Part shown: positions 13,861 through 27,619 of the stretch, in pieces
Numbering within the stretch: the first letter of the stretch is position 1
How the letters are laid out: each line of letters starts with the position of its first letter
From: Monocercomonoides exilis PA203
Lineage: Eukaryota > Protista > Preaxostyla
DNA length: 64,000 bases
Reading direction: 5' to 3'
NCBI GenBank assembly: GCA_001643675.2
Contig: LSRY02000014.1
Location: 1,116,001 to 1,180,000 of the forward strand
Notes under the pieces: generated by a model
Databases searched by the model: none
The model's input: the letters and a program-made list of their open reading frames with translations, nothing else
What the model was told of the DNA's origin: nothing
Position numbers and translations under genes: made by a program

Positions 13861-16800
13861 TCAGTGAGTGCACTTGAAGCAAAACATGTTGACTCTGCGT
13901 GTGTGAGCAGATTGCGACGAAGAGGACAAAGAAAGAGAAGAGGAAGAAGCGGTGCTGGGTGGGTCTATTCCAAACATCTTGCGCTCTTCCATGGCTCGTA
14001 TGTGGCACTGTTCATGGCAGCCATGCCCACACAAATACAGAATAATACGCACTGGTGGACGAGAAGAAGAGGAGGATGAGGATGAAGAAGAAGAAGAGGA
14101 AGATGGTGAAGATAACGAAACAGATGCAGATGAAGATGAAGATGCAGAAGCAGAAGACGATAAAGATGATGAAGAAAGAGATTCACTCTGATTTGGCAGT
14201 GATAAAACCATAGATGACTTGCTCGTCTCAGAGCCGTCGTCCTCAAACAGACGCTGTCTGCAGATGGGGCAAGTCTCTCCCCTCTGCAGTTTTATGCCCC
14301 TTTTCGTTATTCTCACAAGATCAGTGACTGAATTGAAGCTATCGCATTCAGTCGCTGTCTGTGAGGCAGACACGACCGACATGTGCAACCGCCACTCGTT
14401 CAGCAGCGAGATGATCGCTCGCTTAAGCCCCAGGATGATCCGCCCGGAGGGAATGCTCCGGATCAGCAGGTGCGCATCCACCACGCCCTGCTGCATGATC
14501 GACTGGGCTGTGCCTGCTATTGCTCCTGCTGCTGATGAGGAGGAGGAGGAGGAGGAGGATGAGCCGAGCGGAGCAAGCGCAGCAGCACCAGAAGATGCAG
14601 GTATCGACAGCGCAGCTGCAGAGGCAGGCCCGCCCACAGTGATCTGGGGGTAAACTGAAGACAGCTCTCTGCCCAGCCCCATGCCCATCTCAGACGACTT
14701 CCGCACGAGCTCCTGCACAACACTCGTTCCAAGCGTCTCCGAACAGAAGTGGCGCACCAGCTGTGGCAGGTCGTCCTGCGACAGGCACATCAGAAGTAGC
14801 TTGCTCATCGGATCGCTGCTGGTGCTGCTGCTGCCTCCAGATGGATCGTCGCGCATCCAGCTTGGGTTGGATGAAGAGAAGGAAGAATTAGATAGGGAAG
14901 AAGAAGAGGAACCCATGGAGGACAAGGAGGAGTTGGATTGGGATAAAGGTGATGAGTTTGAAGAAGAAGAGGAGGAGGATGATGATGATGACGAAGATAA
15001 GGAAGATGATTGAACACCAGAATTGTGCATTGAAGACGGAGGGATGGTAACACACAGCTCGACAGCTGCTTTCACATCGCCAATTGCTTTCACAATGACT
15101 TCAACCGCTTTGAAGCGGAATCCCATCAGCGTCAGCAAATGTGCCAAGCCTGCAGCAAACTGCCTGTCTTCGCAGTACTTCAGCGCCCTCGTCATGTTGT
15201 AGCTTGAACACTCTGTCAGGAAACTCAGCAGCTCGCTCGGCCGGTACATAGCATACAGCACCACCATCTCGTCCTCCCACCCCGAGCACCGCTGCCTCCG
15301 CACCCCCCACACAGCACGCAGATACGTGAAGATCCGCCTCCCTCCTTCGCTCTCCCTCAGCCATGGAGCCAGCCCACACCCAACCACACGCCCAAGCGCA
15401 CCGACTTGTGACAATGCGCTTCCTCCACGTGCCATCTGCAGCTGCTCTGACACCACACCGACACCGCAGCTCAGTGCATTTACAACAGAAGACACACGAA
15501 AGTAGAACTCGTCGGGGGATTCCAGGCCAGAGGCACCGCCTGCTCCACCAATAGAAGAAGATGAGGAGGAGGAGGAAGACGAAGAAGATGAAGAGGATGA
15601 ACCAGAAGAAATCCCAGAAAGAGCAGCTATGCCTCTGTCATCAGCGTCACCCGGGAGGAGGATGTTGCTTCCTCTGCTCCCGCCAATCGAGTCCCTCTTC
15701 GTCTGCACCAGAATCTGCAGCGTCTTCTCCTCGTCCATCTCCCACAGCTCTGCCAAATAGCAGCTCACAAACGGCAGTGAGCGTGTAGGAAACTGCTGGA
15801 TGATGTCGAACACGCGCCGGTCAGCTGTCCACATCCGCAGCGCAAACTGCTCCTGCCACAGGCCCAGCCGCTCGAGGAGCTCGAGGCGCGGCTCGACAAG
15901 CTCTCTGAGAAGAGAATCGAGCTGAACGACGACAAGTGTCACGACTTCAGACAGAATGCAGGGGAATTGCGTGAGGGCACTCATGGTGGCTTGGGGGATG
16001 GGCGTGGATGTGTTTGGGGAGGAGGAAGAGGAAGAAGAAGATGATGATGACAATGAAGTGGATGGAGAAGTGAAGCCAACACGTTTTTGTGCTGCTGCTA
16101 AAAAGAAAGCTGGGCTGTTTGCTCCGCTTTCTGCAGCGGTTGAATCCATCTGAGTTGCTCCGGCTGTTTTTTTATCACCCTTTTCATTCATTTCCTTCTC
16201 AGCATTTACAGAATTAGAAGAAGAAGAAGCAGAAGCAGAAGAATTTGATGACTTGACCCAGAGTGAGACAAGATGTTGAAAAACAAGAATGAGCCTGTTG
16301 CAGTGGAGAAGTGCAGAATGTATTCTTTTGAGCTCTTTCTCCATCAGCCACAGCACATCGCGTGCTGCCTGATGCTCCTTCCTTTGCAGCTGCAGCGACA
16401 GCGATGCCATCAAATTCGCATCGATTGAGGAATCATTGGATCCATTGGATTCATCTGAACCTGAATCTGAATCTGAATTCATCAACTGTCCCCGATACTG
16501 CGATGAAGATGGATTGTGCTTTGCTTTCTGGTTGATGAATGACTTGGATGTGGGAGAAGGGTAATTGAAAAGAGGCCTTTGTTCAAGAGCTGTGTGAGAT
16601 GGGCAGTTACATGACGACACGTGGAAGAAGGAGAAAAGAGAGGAAAGAGTACAAAAAATGGAGCAGCAAGAGGATGAACCAGCGCTTCCACTCATTTGCT
16701 GTGGAGAATTATAAGCGTTTTTCATGAATCTTTTGTTCTTCTCCATCTCTCTTTCTCTCTCTCTTTCTCTCTCTTTCTCCTTCGCATAATTCTGCATCTC

Positions 16801-19140
16801 CAGTTTCTGCAGAGCAAAAGGAGAATACGACTCAAGAAACGCCCTTGTGAAGCCAGCAGGAATGCCGCCGTATGCTCCCAGTGCGATTCTGTCTCTAATA
16901 AACTGCAGCTCATCAGACGTCAAGTCAGAAAGTCCGCTCAAAAAAGACTGCGGAGCAGATGAATTAAACAGATGGCTCTTGCTATCACTACCACTGTTGT
17001 TGTTGTTATTTACTTTGTTGCTGTTTCCCTGTGCCCTTTCCCTTTCATCTTCTGCTGCATCGTCTTCTTCGCAGATCTCCTGCATCTGGTTCATCCGCTG
17101 CATGTACATTTCATTCAAGCTCTCAAACTCCTTCTGAAGTGCTATTCGTTTGGACTTCAGCGCATTCCCCACGCTGCTCAGGCATTTGCTCAGAATCAGT
17201 TCGCGTGTTATGCATTTGTGTGTCACATTGCGGAGAAACAGAACTTTGTCAGGCAGACTCCGAAATCTTATTGGCTCAAATCGCTCAGTTTCTGAAAAGT
17301 TGTTTGTTAATAACATGATTTTTTATTGTAAAAAAAATAAAACGACATAAATATAGTTTATCAAAGAAAAGCATAAAAGGATATCCAATAAATACAATTG
17401 TAAAACAATAATAATAACAGAAACAGCAAACTATCAAATATCGGCTGATCCGTGACCACAGACGCAACTTCCTTGTACAGTCCGATAATCTCATTCATCT
17501 GCATCAACACTGCACTTGGCTCATACAACTGGCGAGGAATGCGCCTCAGCTCCGCTTTGAACCTACCCACATCGCGACTCAAGAAATAGCACAGCGCCAT
17601 TCCGTATGTCTGTTTCCCCAACTGCGGCTCAGCGACTGGCAGCTGCCGCAGCTCCTCCAGCCGCTCCATGCTGATCAACCAGTGCACAATCATCTCAAAC
17701 AGCTGCACGCTGCCTCTTAGATAGCGCTCTGCCAGCTGAATGGCCTTTGCCCAGTCACCTTTGCCCAGCAGCACATTCAGATACTGTGATACGATATCTG
17801 GAATCTTCGTCTGTTTCAGCTGGCCTGGGCGAGACGATTCTGCGTCCTGTAGCGCCAGCTCGTACTTTTCGTGGGACAGGAGCCATTGGATGTGGTCATC
17901 CATTGTGATGTGGGTGCCACACACCACACTTCCTGCAAGCACTCCGCCATTTCCTGAACCAGAAGCAGGATCAGCCCCTGGGCTTGTTCCAGTGCCTGAG
18001 AAGAACACAAACAGTCTGAATGGATCGCAGAGATGAAGAAGCCTCAGGTTCGAGTGCTCGAATGAGGCATATGACGAAGCAGATGAGGAGGTGTCCTTTT
18101 CATTGTTTATGTTTTTTCCTTCGAATGGAGAAACGACAAGTGTATCTGAAACAACCGTTGCATTTCGGAAGTCCTCGTATGAGACCTTTCCAGGCTTCAG
18201 CATGTCCAAGCGAATGATATGCAATTCTGGTGGATCGCGAGGTGTTGTTGGTGTGGCTGGCTCGTAATTGCACAAAATCGCCAAGTGATCGAGAAACGGA
18301 GCAACTCCACAAACACAGCAACACAGGTTGTCCATTTGATAAATAATAGATGAGAGTCTACCTTTTTCATCGGGTACTTCAAGAACGCGAAATAGGAACA
18401 GTTGGTTTCCAATTGAAACAAATAGATCATTTGTTCCTCTCCAGCACAGGCAAAACGGGTATAATTTTGTAAGTGCTCGCTTTTCTGCATGAAATAAAGT
18501 GTATCGTGCTATTATTGCTTGACGTTCACAATTGTAAATTCTTATTCCAAGTGATGTTGCCCAGGCAATGTACTTTCCATTCCATTTAATATTTAAAATT
18601 TCTCCATCACCAGCAGAAATATCTATTGTATTTACCCTGAAAACACCTATTAGAATTCAAAAAACAAATAAATATATCAAAGAAACAATTGGCTTTGTAT
18701 TTACCTTTTGAAGTGTGTGTCAACTTTTCGTCCAATCCTCCAGCTACGAATTCTTTTTGCTTGCCGTAATTCGGATGAAGTGCTATTGCGTTTATTGCTT
18801 TTGAAAACTGATGTTTAAACACCACTCCTTCTTCAGTTGGTGAAATGACAACAGCAAGACCTTCTTCAGACGCAACACCAATAAAATGGTCATCCGAAAG
18901 TGTAAGCGAAGTGATTGGAGATGATACTGGTTTGTAGGCTTTTAGCAAAATGCCTTGATGATTCACAACGTAAACATGTCCACTTGAAGTACCAACAATT
19001 ATCTGATTTAAATCAAGGGTTAAACACGTTGCAACCAAGCGTATATCCGAAGCAAAAGAAAGAGGAATATAATTATATTTAAGGAGAGGCTCAATGTCTT
19101 CGGCTAAGCCATCAATTTCCTTTTCTTTTTCGCTCTCCAT
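13861..19140 (-). CDS. VPS41: Vps41-like HOPS subunit (WD40 propeller, clathrin-repeat solenoid, C-terminal RING-H2); 3 exons, about 1690 aa
   Basis: EPLLKYNYI; IALHPNYGKQKEFVAGG; DGEILNIKWNGKYIAWA; DDHIQWLLSHEKYELAL; LYAMYRPSELLSFL; CPIC...CGHGCHEQC...CFKC. Introns 18647-18704 and 17292-17431 join the frames. Confidence 0.88.
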
Positions 19141-19317
19141 TTCACGAAGATATTATTTGAAAGATCAATGTTTTTCTCAGAAAACTTCTGAAACACTTTG
19201 ATGGGGTATATAAATTGTTTTTATTTTAATTCCATTTTTTTAAAGAAATTTTTTGATTAAAAAATTAAGGTAGTATTAGAAATTGTTTTTTATTTATTTT
19301 TTAAATATTTCTGGAAA

Positions 19318-21172
19318 ATGTCGATGATAGAAATTCAAAAACAAATTCGGCAAAATGCCGAAGAAACTAGACAAACAATTGGTGCGTTAGGTTCTTGGTT
19401 TGAAGAGATCAGGAAAGAAGATGAAGCATTAACGAAAATGGGCAGACCTGACATGTCTCACTTACCTCCAATAAGAAGAAAAGAAGCCCAACAAGAAAAA
19501 AAGGCGGAGCCTTCACCATCCACTCAACCAAAGAAAAAAATAAGGAGAGACGAATATGACAAATGGGAAAAATTTGATGTAGATGCTGCTCTCAAAGAAA
19601 TTGATGATGAAGAACAAAAAAGAGATGCAATAAAGGCTCGAGAAGAAAGAGAGAAAAAACTTCGTGAAGCAGAAAAGAAAAAGCAATCTTCGTCGGCCTC
19701 TTCTTCATCTTCTTCGTTTTCAAATGTTTCTAAAATACCAACTTCTAATGTTAAAGGCGGTCCAAAAATTGTTGAGTTATCAAAAGACGAAGAAGATGAA
19801 TTTAATGCAAATGAAGAAAAAGAGAAAGGCAATAATTTATATCGAATTGGCAGATACTCAGAAGCTGTTGAGTGCTATGCTCGTGGTATTGCTTATAATC
19901 GGAAAAGTGCAGTATTATATGCAAACAGAGCTGCATGCTACTTAAAAATGCAGAGACTTAATGATGCAGAAATGGATTGTAGCACCTCAATTTCCATTGA
20001 TCCCGGTTATACAAAGGCTTGGGTCAGAAGAGGATATTCCAGGAAAGCGATGGGAAAATATGCTGAAGCAGTTGACGACTTCAAAAAGGCTTTGGCATTA
20101 GAGCCACAAAACAAAGAGATCAACAGCGAACTTGAAAAAGTGCAAAAACTGATGAGAGAGTCAATGTTAAAGACTTCTTTGAAAATTACAACAAAAGAGC
20201 CGGTAAAATCCAATGAAAAGGAAACAGCAGAATCACAGAAATCAAAACAGCAGCAAAAACAACAGCCCCAAAAGGAAGAAGACAAGACACCAAAATCGAC
20301 GCCTGTTCAGCCAGTCAAAGCGCCACTTCGAAAGAAGTTGACCGTGATTGAGGAAATTGATTCATCTCAGGCTTCATCTGCTTCTTCTTCTGCTTCTGCT
20401 TCTGCTTCTGCTTCTGCATCGGCTTCTTCTTCACAACCAGCAACCACCACATCTTCATCGTCTGTAAAATCATCTTCAAAAAAAGAAGAACAAACACCCA
20501 CTTCGTCGTCAACTCCATCATCATCATCTTCTTCTTCTTCTTCTACAACTTCAAAATCTTCATCTTCAAGTAAATCAACTCCTTCAACATCACTCAACAT
20601 CACTTTTGCACCGTCTGTGCCTTCTGAGCCTCCGAAGACTTGGGTTGAGTTTGAGAAAGTCTTCCGCAACATGAAGAAGCATCTGAATGTGTTTTCAACG
20701 ACCATGTTTATGATCCAGCCTGAGTCCCTGCGCCACGTGCTGGGCGATAAAGTGTCGCCAGACCATCTTGTTGCCTTTATGGGGATGATGCAGGAGGAAG
20801 GCTCAGAGTTCACTTCCACGCCGGATGGCATCTCCCGCGCAATACAGTTTTGGAAGGTGGTTGCATCGCTCCCCAAAATTGAAACTGCGTTTCGCTTTTT
20901 GAGTAAAAAGGAAAAAGAAGGTTTGCGCTTTTTAACTTGTCATGACTTGCAATCAATTTTAAAATAACCTTTTTTTTTATTATTTTTAATTATAATTTTT
21001 AAAAAAAATTTTTTTTTAAATCACGAATCATCCATCGACTTCAATATTTCTCATTTGACATGTCTAAACTTGCTATTCAATTTGGTACTGGTCAGGATTA
21101 AAATCATTATTTACACGCCTTTCTGAGTCAAATAGCGAAGGACAAGCATTAATGCCTCTGTTTTTCAAATAA
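19318..21172 (+). CDS. RPAP3: RPAP3/SPAG1-like TPR co-chaperone (R2TP complex)
   Basis: N-terminal IQKQIRQNAEE, YDKWEKFDVDAAL, three TPRs (KEKGNNLY...NRAACYLK...KAWVRRG), C-terminal PKTWVEFEK...FLSKKEK. Intron 20921-21095 leads to a last exon GLKSLFTRL...FFK*. Confidence 0.85.
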
Positions 21173-21293
21173 TTTTTTTTAACCATTCGCTCAAATAAAA
21201 TCAATAACTGGCTTTTATTTTTGAGTGTGTGTCTTTTTTAATTTTTGAATTAAAGAGAAAAAAAATATGAAGATTGAGAGGTATGATAAATGA

Positions 21294-22017
21294 TCATCTA
21301 TGTCTCTTTGATGAACTGTGGGCGTGATGATGATGTGAATGCTTATGATGGTGTCTACGCCTTTCTGGTGATGATGACGACGACGAAGATGAACGACGAG
21401 AAGAACGAGAGGACGAAGGGCTGGATCTGCTGGATGATAAACTACGAGATTTGCGTGACCTTTTTTTCTCTTCTTTTGAATGTGAATGCTTTTCTTTTCT
21501 ATACTTCTTTTCCTCTGACTTCTCTTGAGAATGATGTTCACTTTCGCTTTTATGTTCTTCGTCTGAAGAATCATGAGAAGATGTTTTAACAGGCTTCATA
21601 TCAGCATCATCAAGAGCATAGTCATCTCCTTCATCAGAATCCAGATCTGGTTTAACTTCAGTTTTTTTCTTTTTTTCATGGGACTCCAAGCGAGCTTTTC
21701 TTATCCTTTAATAGGTCAAATTGCAAAAAACTAATTTTAACCAAAAAATTCAAACTTTTTGAGCTGTTTTTTAAAATCGTCACCTTCTTGTTCTTCCCAA
21801 AATTCCAGACTGCTTTTTTTTCTTTTTTCTAACTCTTTTTTCACTTCATCAAAATCAGGTCTGTCTCGTTGAAGATAATCTTTGATGGTTCTGTCAGGAG
21901 GTGGAGCTGGTACTCTGTTGAGAAGTGGGTTGTCATATCCACGTTGTTGGAACCCTCAAGGGATTCGTAAAACAATGGCAAACGAAATAATAAATAAAGC
22001 AAACCGTGTCTTCCCAT
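21294..22017 (-). CDS. FAM133: FAM133-like small basic protein; 3 exons
   Basis: Spliced product MGRHGFQQRGYDNPLLNRVPAPPPDRTIKDYLQRDRPDFDEVKKELEKRKK resembles the FAM133 N-terminus ([22 protein letters not shown]). K/E/S/H-rich tail. Confidence 0.75.
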
Positions 22018-22543
22018 TTTCGAGGAGAAACAAAAAACTGATCAGAAGTAGACCATAACTCATCAATGGTGAAAGATGAAAAAGTATGTAATTTGCACAA
22101 TTCAAAAACAAATTTATTTCTCTGTAAATCGAAATGATGAATTATAATATATGTGAATCATTGTTTAGAAATTTGATTAAATGTTCAAAAAATGAAAAAT
22201 ATTAAATATAAATGTTAATTTCTTCCAAAAAAGAAGCCAATGAACATACAAAAAAAGGAGAATTACAATTGGATCGCTTATGCAACTAAATCTATCTGAT
22301 CCAATAAATTATATAATGTATCGCCCATCAACAATAACAACAGCATTATCTGAAAAAAAAAAAAAAAATAAAAACTAAAAAAAAAAAAAAAAAACTATTA
22401 TCTCAAATTATTGTTAAACAAAACAATGAATGACAAGGCTGCATTGAAAATAGACTGAAAATATATATATATACTTTTATGTATTCATTGGTCAAAATGA
22501 GAATAAGGTTGCTTAATTGTTATTAACCTCACGTATTTTCCAT

Positions 22544-24670
22544 TCATTTGATCTTTGAATATACTCTCATAATTTTCATTTCATTAATTCTTCCCAAAAA
22601 TTTCCTCATCTCTTTGATTATATAAATATAATCTCCGTCATATATATTCAAGCTCGCATGCGTGAAAAGATCAACAATATCCTTGCAACCTTCTTCTTCA
22701 AAAAGCTCTGCTAATTTCTCACACCGTATAACAGCCATCTTCAATTTGCTTCGGCTTAATTCTTCAGTGTGACTACAATTTAATTTATAAGTTCTTGATT
22801 GCTCATTTGATAAATTCTTTCCTTCCTTCAACTGATTGTTGAGACATGAATACATTTCCAAATACATCTTTGTTAATGTCTTTTCAAATACATACAAAAT
22901 ATCCAGTCGACCATAAACACTATGCGCGTGTGTAATGTAATCGAAGGCACGTTTAAATATTTCAGGGTATTTCGAGAGCTCAAGCATAATGAATTGTGAA
23001 CGAAATAGATTCATCAAAACAACATTTAAATGAGACTGCCATTTAGGCGATGCATATTTTACAATAGGTGGTAAGTCATGATTAGACAATAAAAGAGAAG
23101 ATAAAAAAATAGAGCTTCTCTTCACGGCACGCAAACTAGCAACCAAAAGCTGCAGATACACTGGATTTCTTGTCAGTCGCGCTGCTTTAAATTCGTCTTC
23201 AGTCAAATATTTAATAAATTTAACAACTGACGAAAATGGATCGTTCAATCCGTATTTTTCAACATAATGAATTACTTCTTGGCGGTGATTTATTTGCGAA
23301 TTATTTTCATTAGATACAGAATAATCAACAGTTATTGGATGCAGGTAAATTCCTTTTGTTTGCACAAATGCAGGCCGTATGTGCACAAACGAGAGTGGAA
23401 CGAAGCAATGCTTTCGAGTTGATTGATGAAATGAACAATTTATCCTTTGAATATTTTTCTCTTGCATTCCTTCACTTGTATCCTTACCTTTCAACTGACG
23501 AACCGGAAAATTTAAATTCTTTCCGGGATTTTGCAAGGAAGTAACCTTGTGACAAGAAGCAAACGATTTTGTGCTTTCGGAACATGAAATTATCGCTTTT
23601 GAGATTGTTTTCTGTGGAGACGATGAAACAGAAGATGAGCTTGTAAAGCTTGTTGGCTCGGCACATAACACTGAATTTGATACTGCAGAAGAAGTACAAA
23701 TTGAACTAGTGTCTGATGATGAAGCAAACTGCTCTGATTCGCTTGCATTTAACGAAGAAGATTGCTGAGGGTAATTGTTATCATCTTCAGGCAACTTGTT
23801 GAACCATTCTCTTGTAAGTGAATAATATAATTTCATTACCATTTGAACTCTCTCTTTTCCAAGCCGTGAAATTGTCTCATGATTATAACAGAAAATATAA
23901 TTTAATGATTCAAGGCACAACCATTGATGCAACGGAGGAAAAGAATATGCATTATAAAGCAAAGAAGTGAAAATATTCAGAATTTTCTTTTGCTCCTTCA
24001 ATAAACCAACTTAAAAGCAAATTAAAAGAAATTGTTAAATCTATATATATCATAAATCATTCAGCAATTCCATACTACGACGTACAAATTTCCAAAAGGA
24101 GAAGTACGTAATAAACGAGTCTTCTTTGTTTAATGTTTTATTCATAAGAATTTCAAAAGTATCAGCAATTGCCCTCGTTTCTACAACTGTCAACTTGAAG
24201 CAATTCATTGCCGCAATGCGCGCAATGATGTTTTTCAAGTGCTGAGGCGTTCTTCGCAAAACTATTTGGTTCAGAAGTATTTTTTTCATCTTAGAACGCT
24301 TAAAAATAGATCTAATTTTTGCTTCGTAAATTAATGAGCACGAAGACGACGCTTTAAAAGCAATAAGCTCCAAAAGGGAAAGAATTGAACTTGTCAATTC
24401 AATTGAATGATTTTCAACATAAGTTGAAAGCATCCCAAAAGAATCGGTTGTTAATCCCTGAACTTTATCAAGAGAAATGTTTGCAAGACTTATTCCAAGC
24501 TGCTGAATAATGTCTTGTTGAATTTTTTCATTGCTCTTCTGTGAAAAATAATAAACTGTTTCATCAAAAGATAATTCTTTTCCAGAAGTGCTTTCAAAAT
24601 CTTCTTTTTCTTTAGCCCTTCAAATCTATAAAATTATTTTTGAATTTGCGAAAAACAAATATCAAACATT
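22544..24670 (-). CDS. Lineage-specific hypothetical protein with introns; 5' end uncertain
   Basis: ORFs 22544-24001 and 24050-24433 are joinable by a short GT-AG intron, and the frame extends upstream to about 24620. No recognised domain. Confidence 0.55.
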
Positions 24671-24761
24671 GTGTAAATCCACTTGCTGATTGCTTTTATC
24701 CTTCCACTTAAATATTGATCATGAATAATATAATTTTTTTTGACAAATGAGTTTCTTTATT

Positions 24762-24852
24762 CCTCTGGAACCTGACAAATTGGTTGAAGCCTGGTCTGTC
24801 ACAAAAAAAAAAAAAGAAAAGAAAAAGAAAAAGAAAAGAAAAAGAAAAAGAA

Positions 24853-24889
<37 letters not shown>

Positions 24890-25318
24890 GAAAAATGAAA
24901 AAGAAAAATAAAAAGAAAGTTTTTTAGTTTAAAATAAATATGAAATAAACTATTGCTAAAACTTCTAAAGACTTTTTAAAGCACTTTGGAAAAGATTTGT
25001 TGATAGCATCTGTAATATCTGGTCGTTTTTTGTATTTTGTCAGTGACCGTCAGTGACGGTCAATGACAAATTGTGACAAAAAAATTCATCAACTGACATT
25101 TCGTGACAAAAAAATGAAATATTGGGAACTTGATCATCTTAATCAAATATTTGATTTTTTCAAAAAAAAATAAGAATTGTTGTATGTCGATTTTCAAATT
25201 CATTATTTGAGTAATAAAGAATTGTGAAATCGTTAGAAATAACCATTTTTAACAAATCATAAATATCGTGTCAGTCATTTTGTCATTATTTCAATTTTCT
25301 CTTGTCATGTCACAGAGG
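24762..25318 (+). repeat. Left arm, itself bounded by ~17-bp inverted termini
   Basis: Starts CCTCTGGAACCTGACAA and ends TTGTCATGTCACAGAGG. Contains an (AAAAG)n tract and a central palindrome TGACCGTCAGTGACGGTCA (25044-25062). Confidence 0.88.
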
Positions 25319-25599
25319 GTTTATTTGAATTAATATTTAATAATCTTAGCATAATAATTATAACATTTGCAATTGTAAATTTGACATAAAAATTGTCTCT
25401 CGATCGGTCATGAAACCAATTTTATTTCTCAATTGTCACAAAGAAAGCGTGGGATTTTTTATTCAAAATGATTCAATAATTCATAAGGATCTTATTCGAA
25501 AATTTATTCTGTGAAATTTATATGTTTCTTTCTTTTTTTCATTTCTCTTTTTTGAAATGAAAAAATAAAACTCGGACTTGTTAACCATTTAAAAGGAAA

Positions 25600-26900
25600 T
25601 TCAAATTCACCCGTCCTGATTCCTTCTGAAAACTTAGGGTTATCTGTATCATCAGAAACATATGGATTTGAAGCAAAGATTTATGGATTGATTGGAAACA
25701 ATCCGGTTGTGTTGAATCCGTTACGCTTGTGTAGAAATGATGTTACTATTTTTATTGCTTCTGTTACACGCTCAACTATTATTTTTCTTCTGTCTGCAGC
25801 TTTCATTTTTGAAACATCATTGTGATCCTCCTCCTTCCCAATTTTTCTTTTTCTCAGCAGCTTTCTGAATACGTTGCGAAGAAAACATGCAATTCCAACA
25901 ACAAAAGGTTGCATTATATGATTCATATTTCTAGGCAGAGTGAAAATGAAAATAAAATATTGGCAAATTAAACCAACCCTGAAGAACAAAGACGAGATAA
26001 ATGACCATCAAGAATTGAAAAAACAGAAGAATTGAGTGGAATAACTCCAAGCGACAGACAAATTGTAATCCACGAGCAAAAATAAACAGAAGAACAGAAT
26101 AAAGCATTATTGTCCATCCATCCTGATGCATTGATGTGGATTTCACACGAGCCTGCTTTTTTGTACTCAAAAAGTTCACGAGGAACCGTTTTCAAGGGAG
26201 AAATTATGATTAATGGTGGAGGTGCTGTGCAAGATGGTCCAATGGTGGTCATTATTGATATATGATTTTTTGTGTGATCTTCTGTGGAAGCAGGTGTTCA
26301 TTTGGCTTCGGACGGCACGATAAATTAATGGGAAGAACAAAAAACACCATTCCATTCGTCTGCATTAAATATATTAAGCTTGTTGACAGATGGCTTGATA
26401 TCTTTGTTGAACATAAAATTGAACCATTCTCTGATGTTTGATATGAATGATGAGTTCAATTTGACTGGGGAAATATTTGAGGGAGAGAGTTCTTTCAGAA
26501 TGTGCTTCGAAATGAATCCGGACTTTTTTGTTGGAGAAGGTGGAACAAGTTGTTTAACAAAATGATTAATTACAGGATAAAATCCAAATTGAAGAGATAT
26601 CTTTTATGATTTCGAATTTTGCCTTTGCATTTCCGAATTAATGATTTCACTTAACTCTTGTGTTGTAATTGCATCATATTGTTGAAATTTTTCGTGAACA
26701 ATATCCAACGCATTTTTCTCACCCTCGAAGTGAAGCAAACATGGACTTGTGTGAATTTCCTTTTCGTTCCAAGTTTGTCCGGAGAAATGACATCTGATAG
26801 CGCTTCAAATTTTTAGGGTCGTAATGTTAAACGCTTCTGATATCAAGCAAACCTTCTGTGAAAAAGCATCAGAACATAAATAACTTTTTCGAATAATGAA
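25600..26900 (-). pseudogene. Degenerate pogo/CENP-B-family (DDE_1) transposase
   Basis: Fragments in different frames: IFNADE (first catalytic D), INASGWMDNN, ILDGHLSR (second D), LPRNMNHIMQPFVVG (third-D region altered). Several stops and frameshifts. Confidence 0.8.
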
Positions 26901-27108
26901 TTAGCGTTTTTAACTTCAAATGAAAATTTAATATCTCAAAATTTTTGTTTTCGTGATATTTTTGAAATCGTTGTATTTCTTGAGCAATAAAGTTATGAAT
27001 AGTCAGAAGCAAATATTTGATCAAAATATATCATTATGATTTTATATTATGTTTTTAGAAAAAAAAATTTAACACAAAACATGTTAATATTATACATTTT
27101 CAAGAAAA

Positions 27109-27537
27109 CCTCCGTGACATAACAAGAGAAAATTGAAATAATGACAAAATGACTGACACGATATTTATGATTTGTTAAAAATGGTTATTTCTAACGATTT
27201 CACAATTCTTTATTACTCAAATAATGAATTTGAAAATCGACATACAACAATTCTTATTTTTTTTTGAAAAAATCAAATATTTGATTAAGATGATCAAGTT
27301 CCCAATATTTCATTTTTTTGTCACGAAATGTCAGTTGATGAATTTTTTTGTCACAATTTGTCATTGACCGTCACTGACGGTCACTGACAAAATACAAAAA
27401 ACGACCAGATATTACAGATGCTATCAACAAATCTTTTCCAAAGTGCTTTAAAAAGTCTTTAGAAGTTTTAGCAATAGTTTATTTCATATTTATTTTAAAC
27501 TAAAAAACTTTCTTTTTATTTTTCTTTTTCATTTTTC

Positions 27538-27574
<37 letters not shown>

Positions 27575-27586
27575 TTTTTCTTTTTC

Positions 27587-27619
<33 letters not shown>

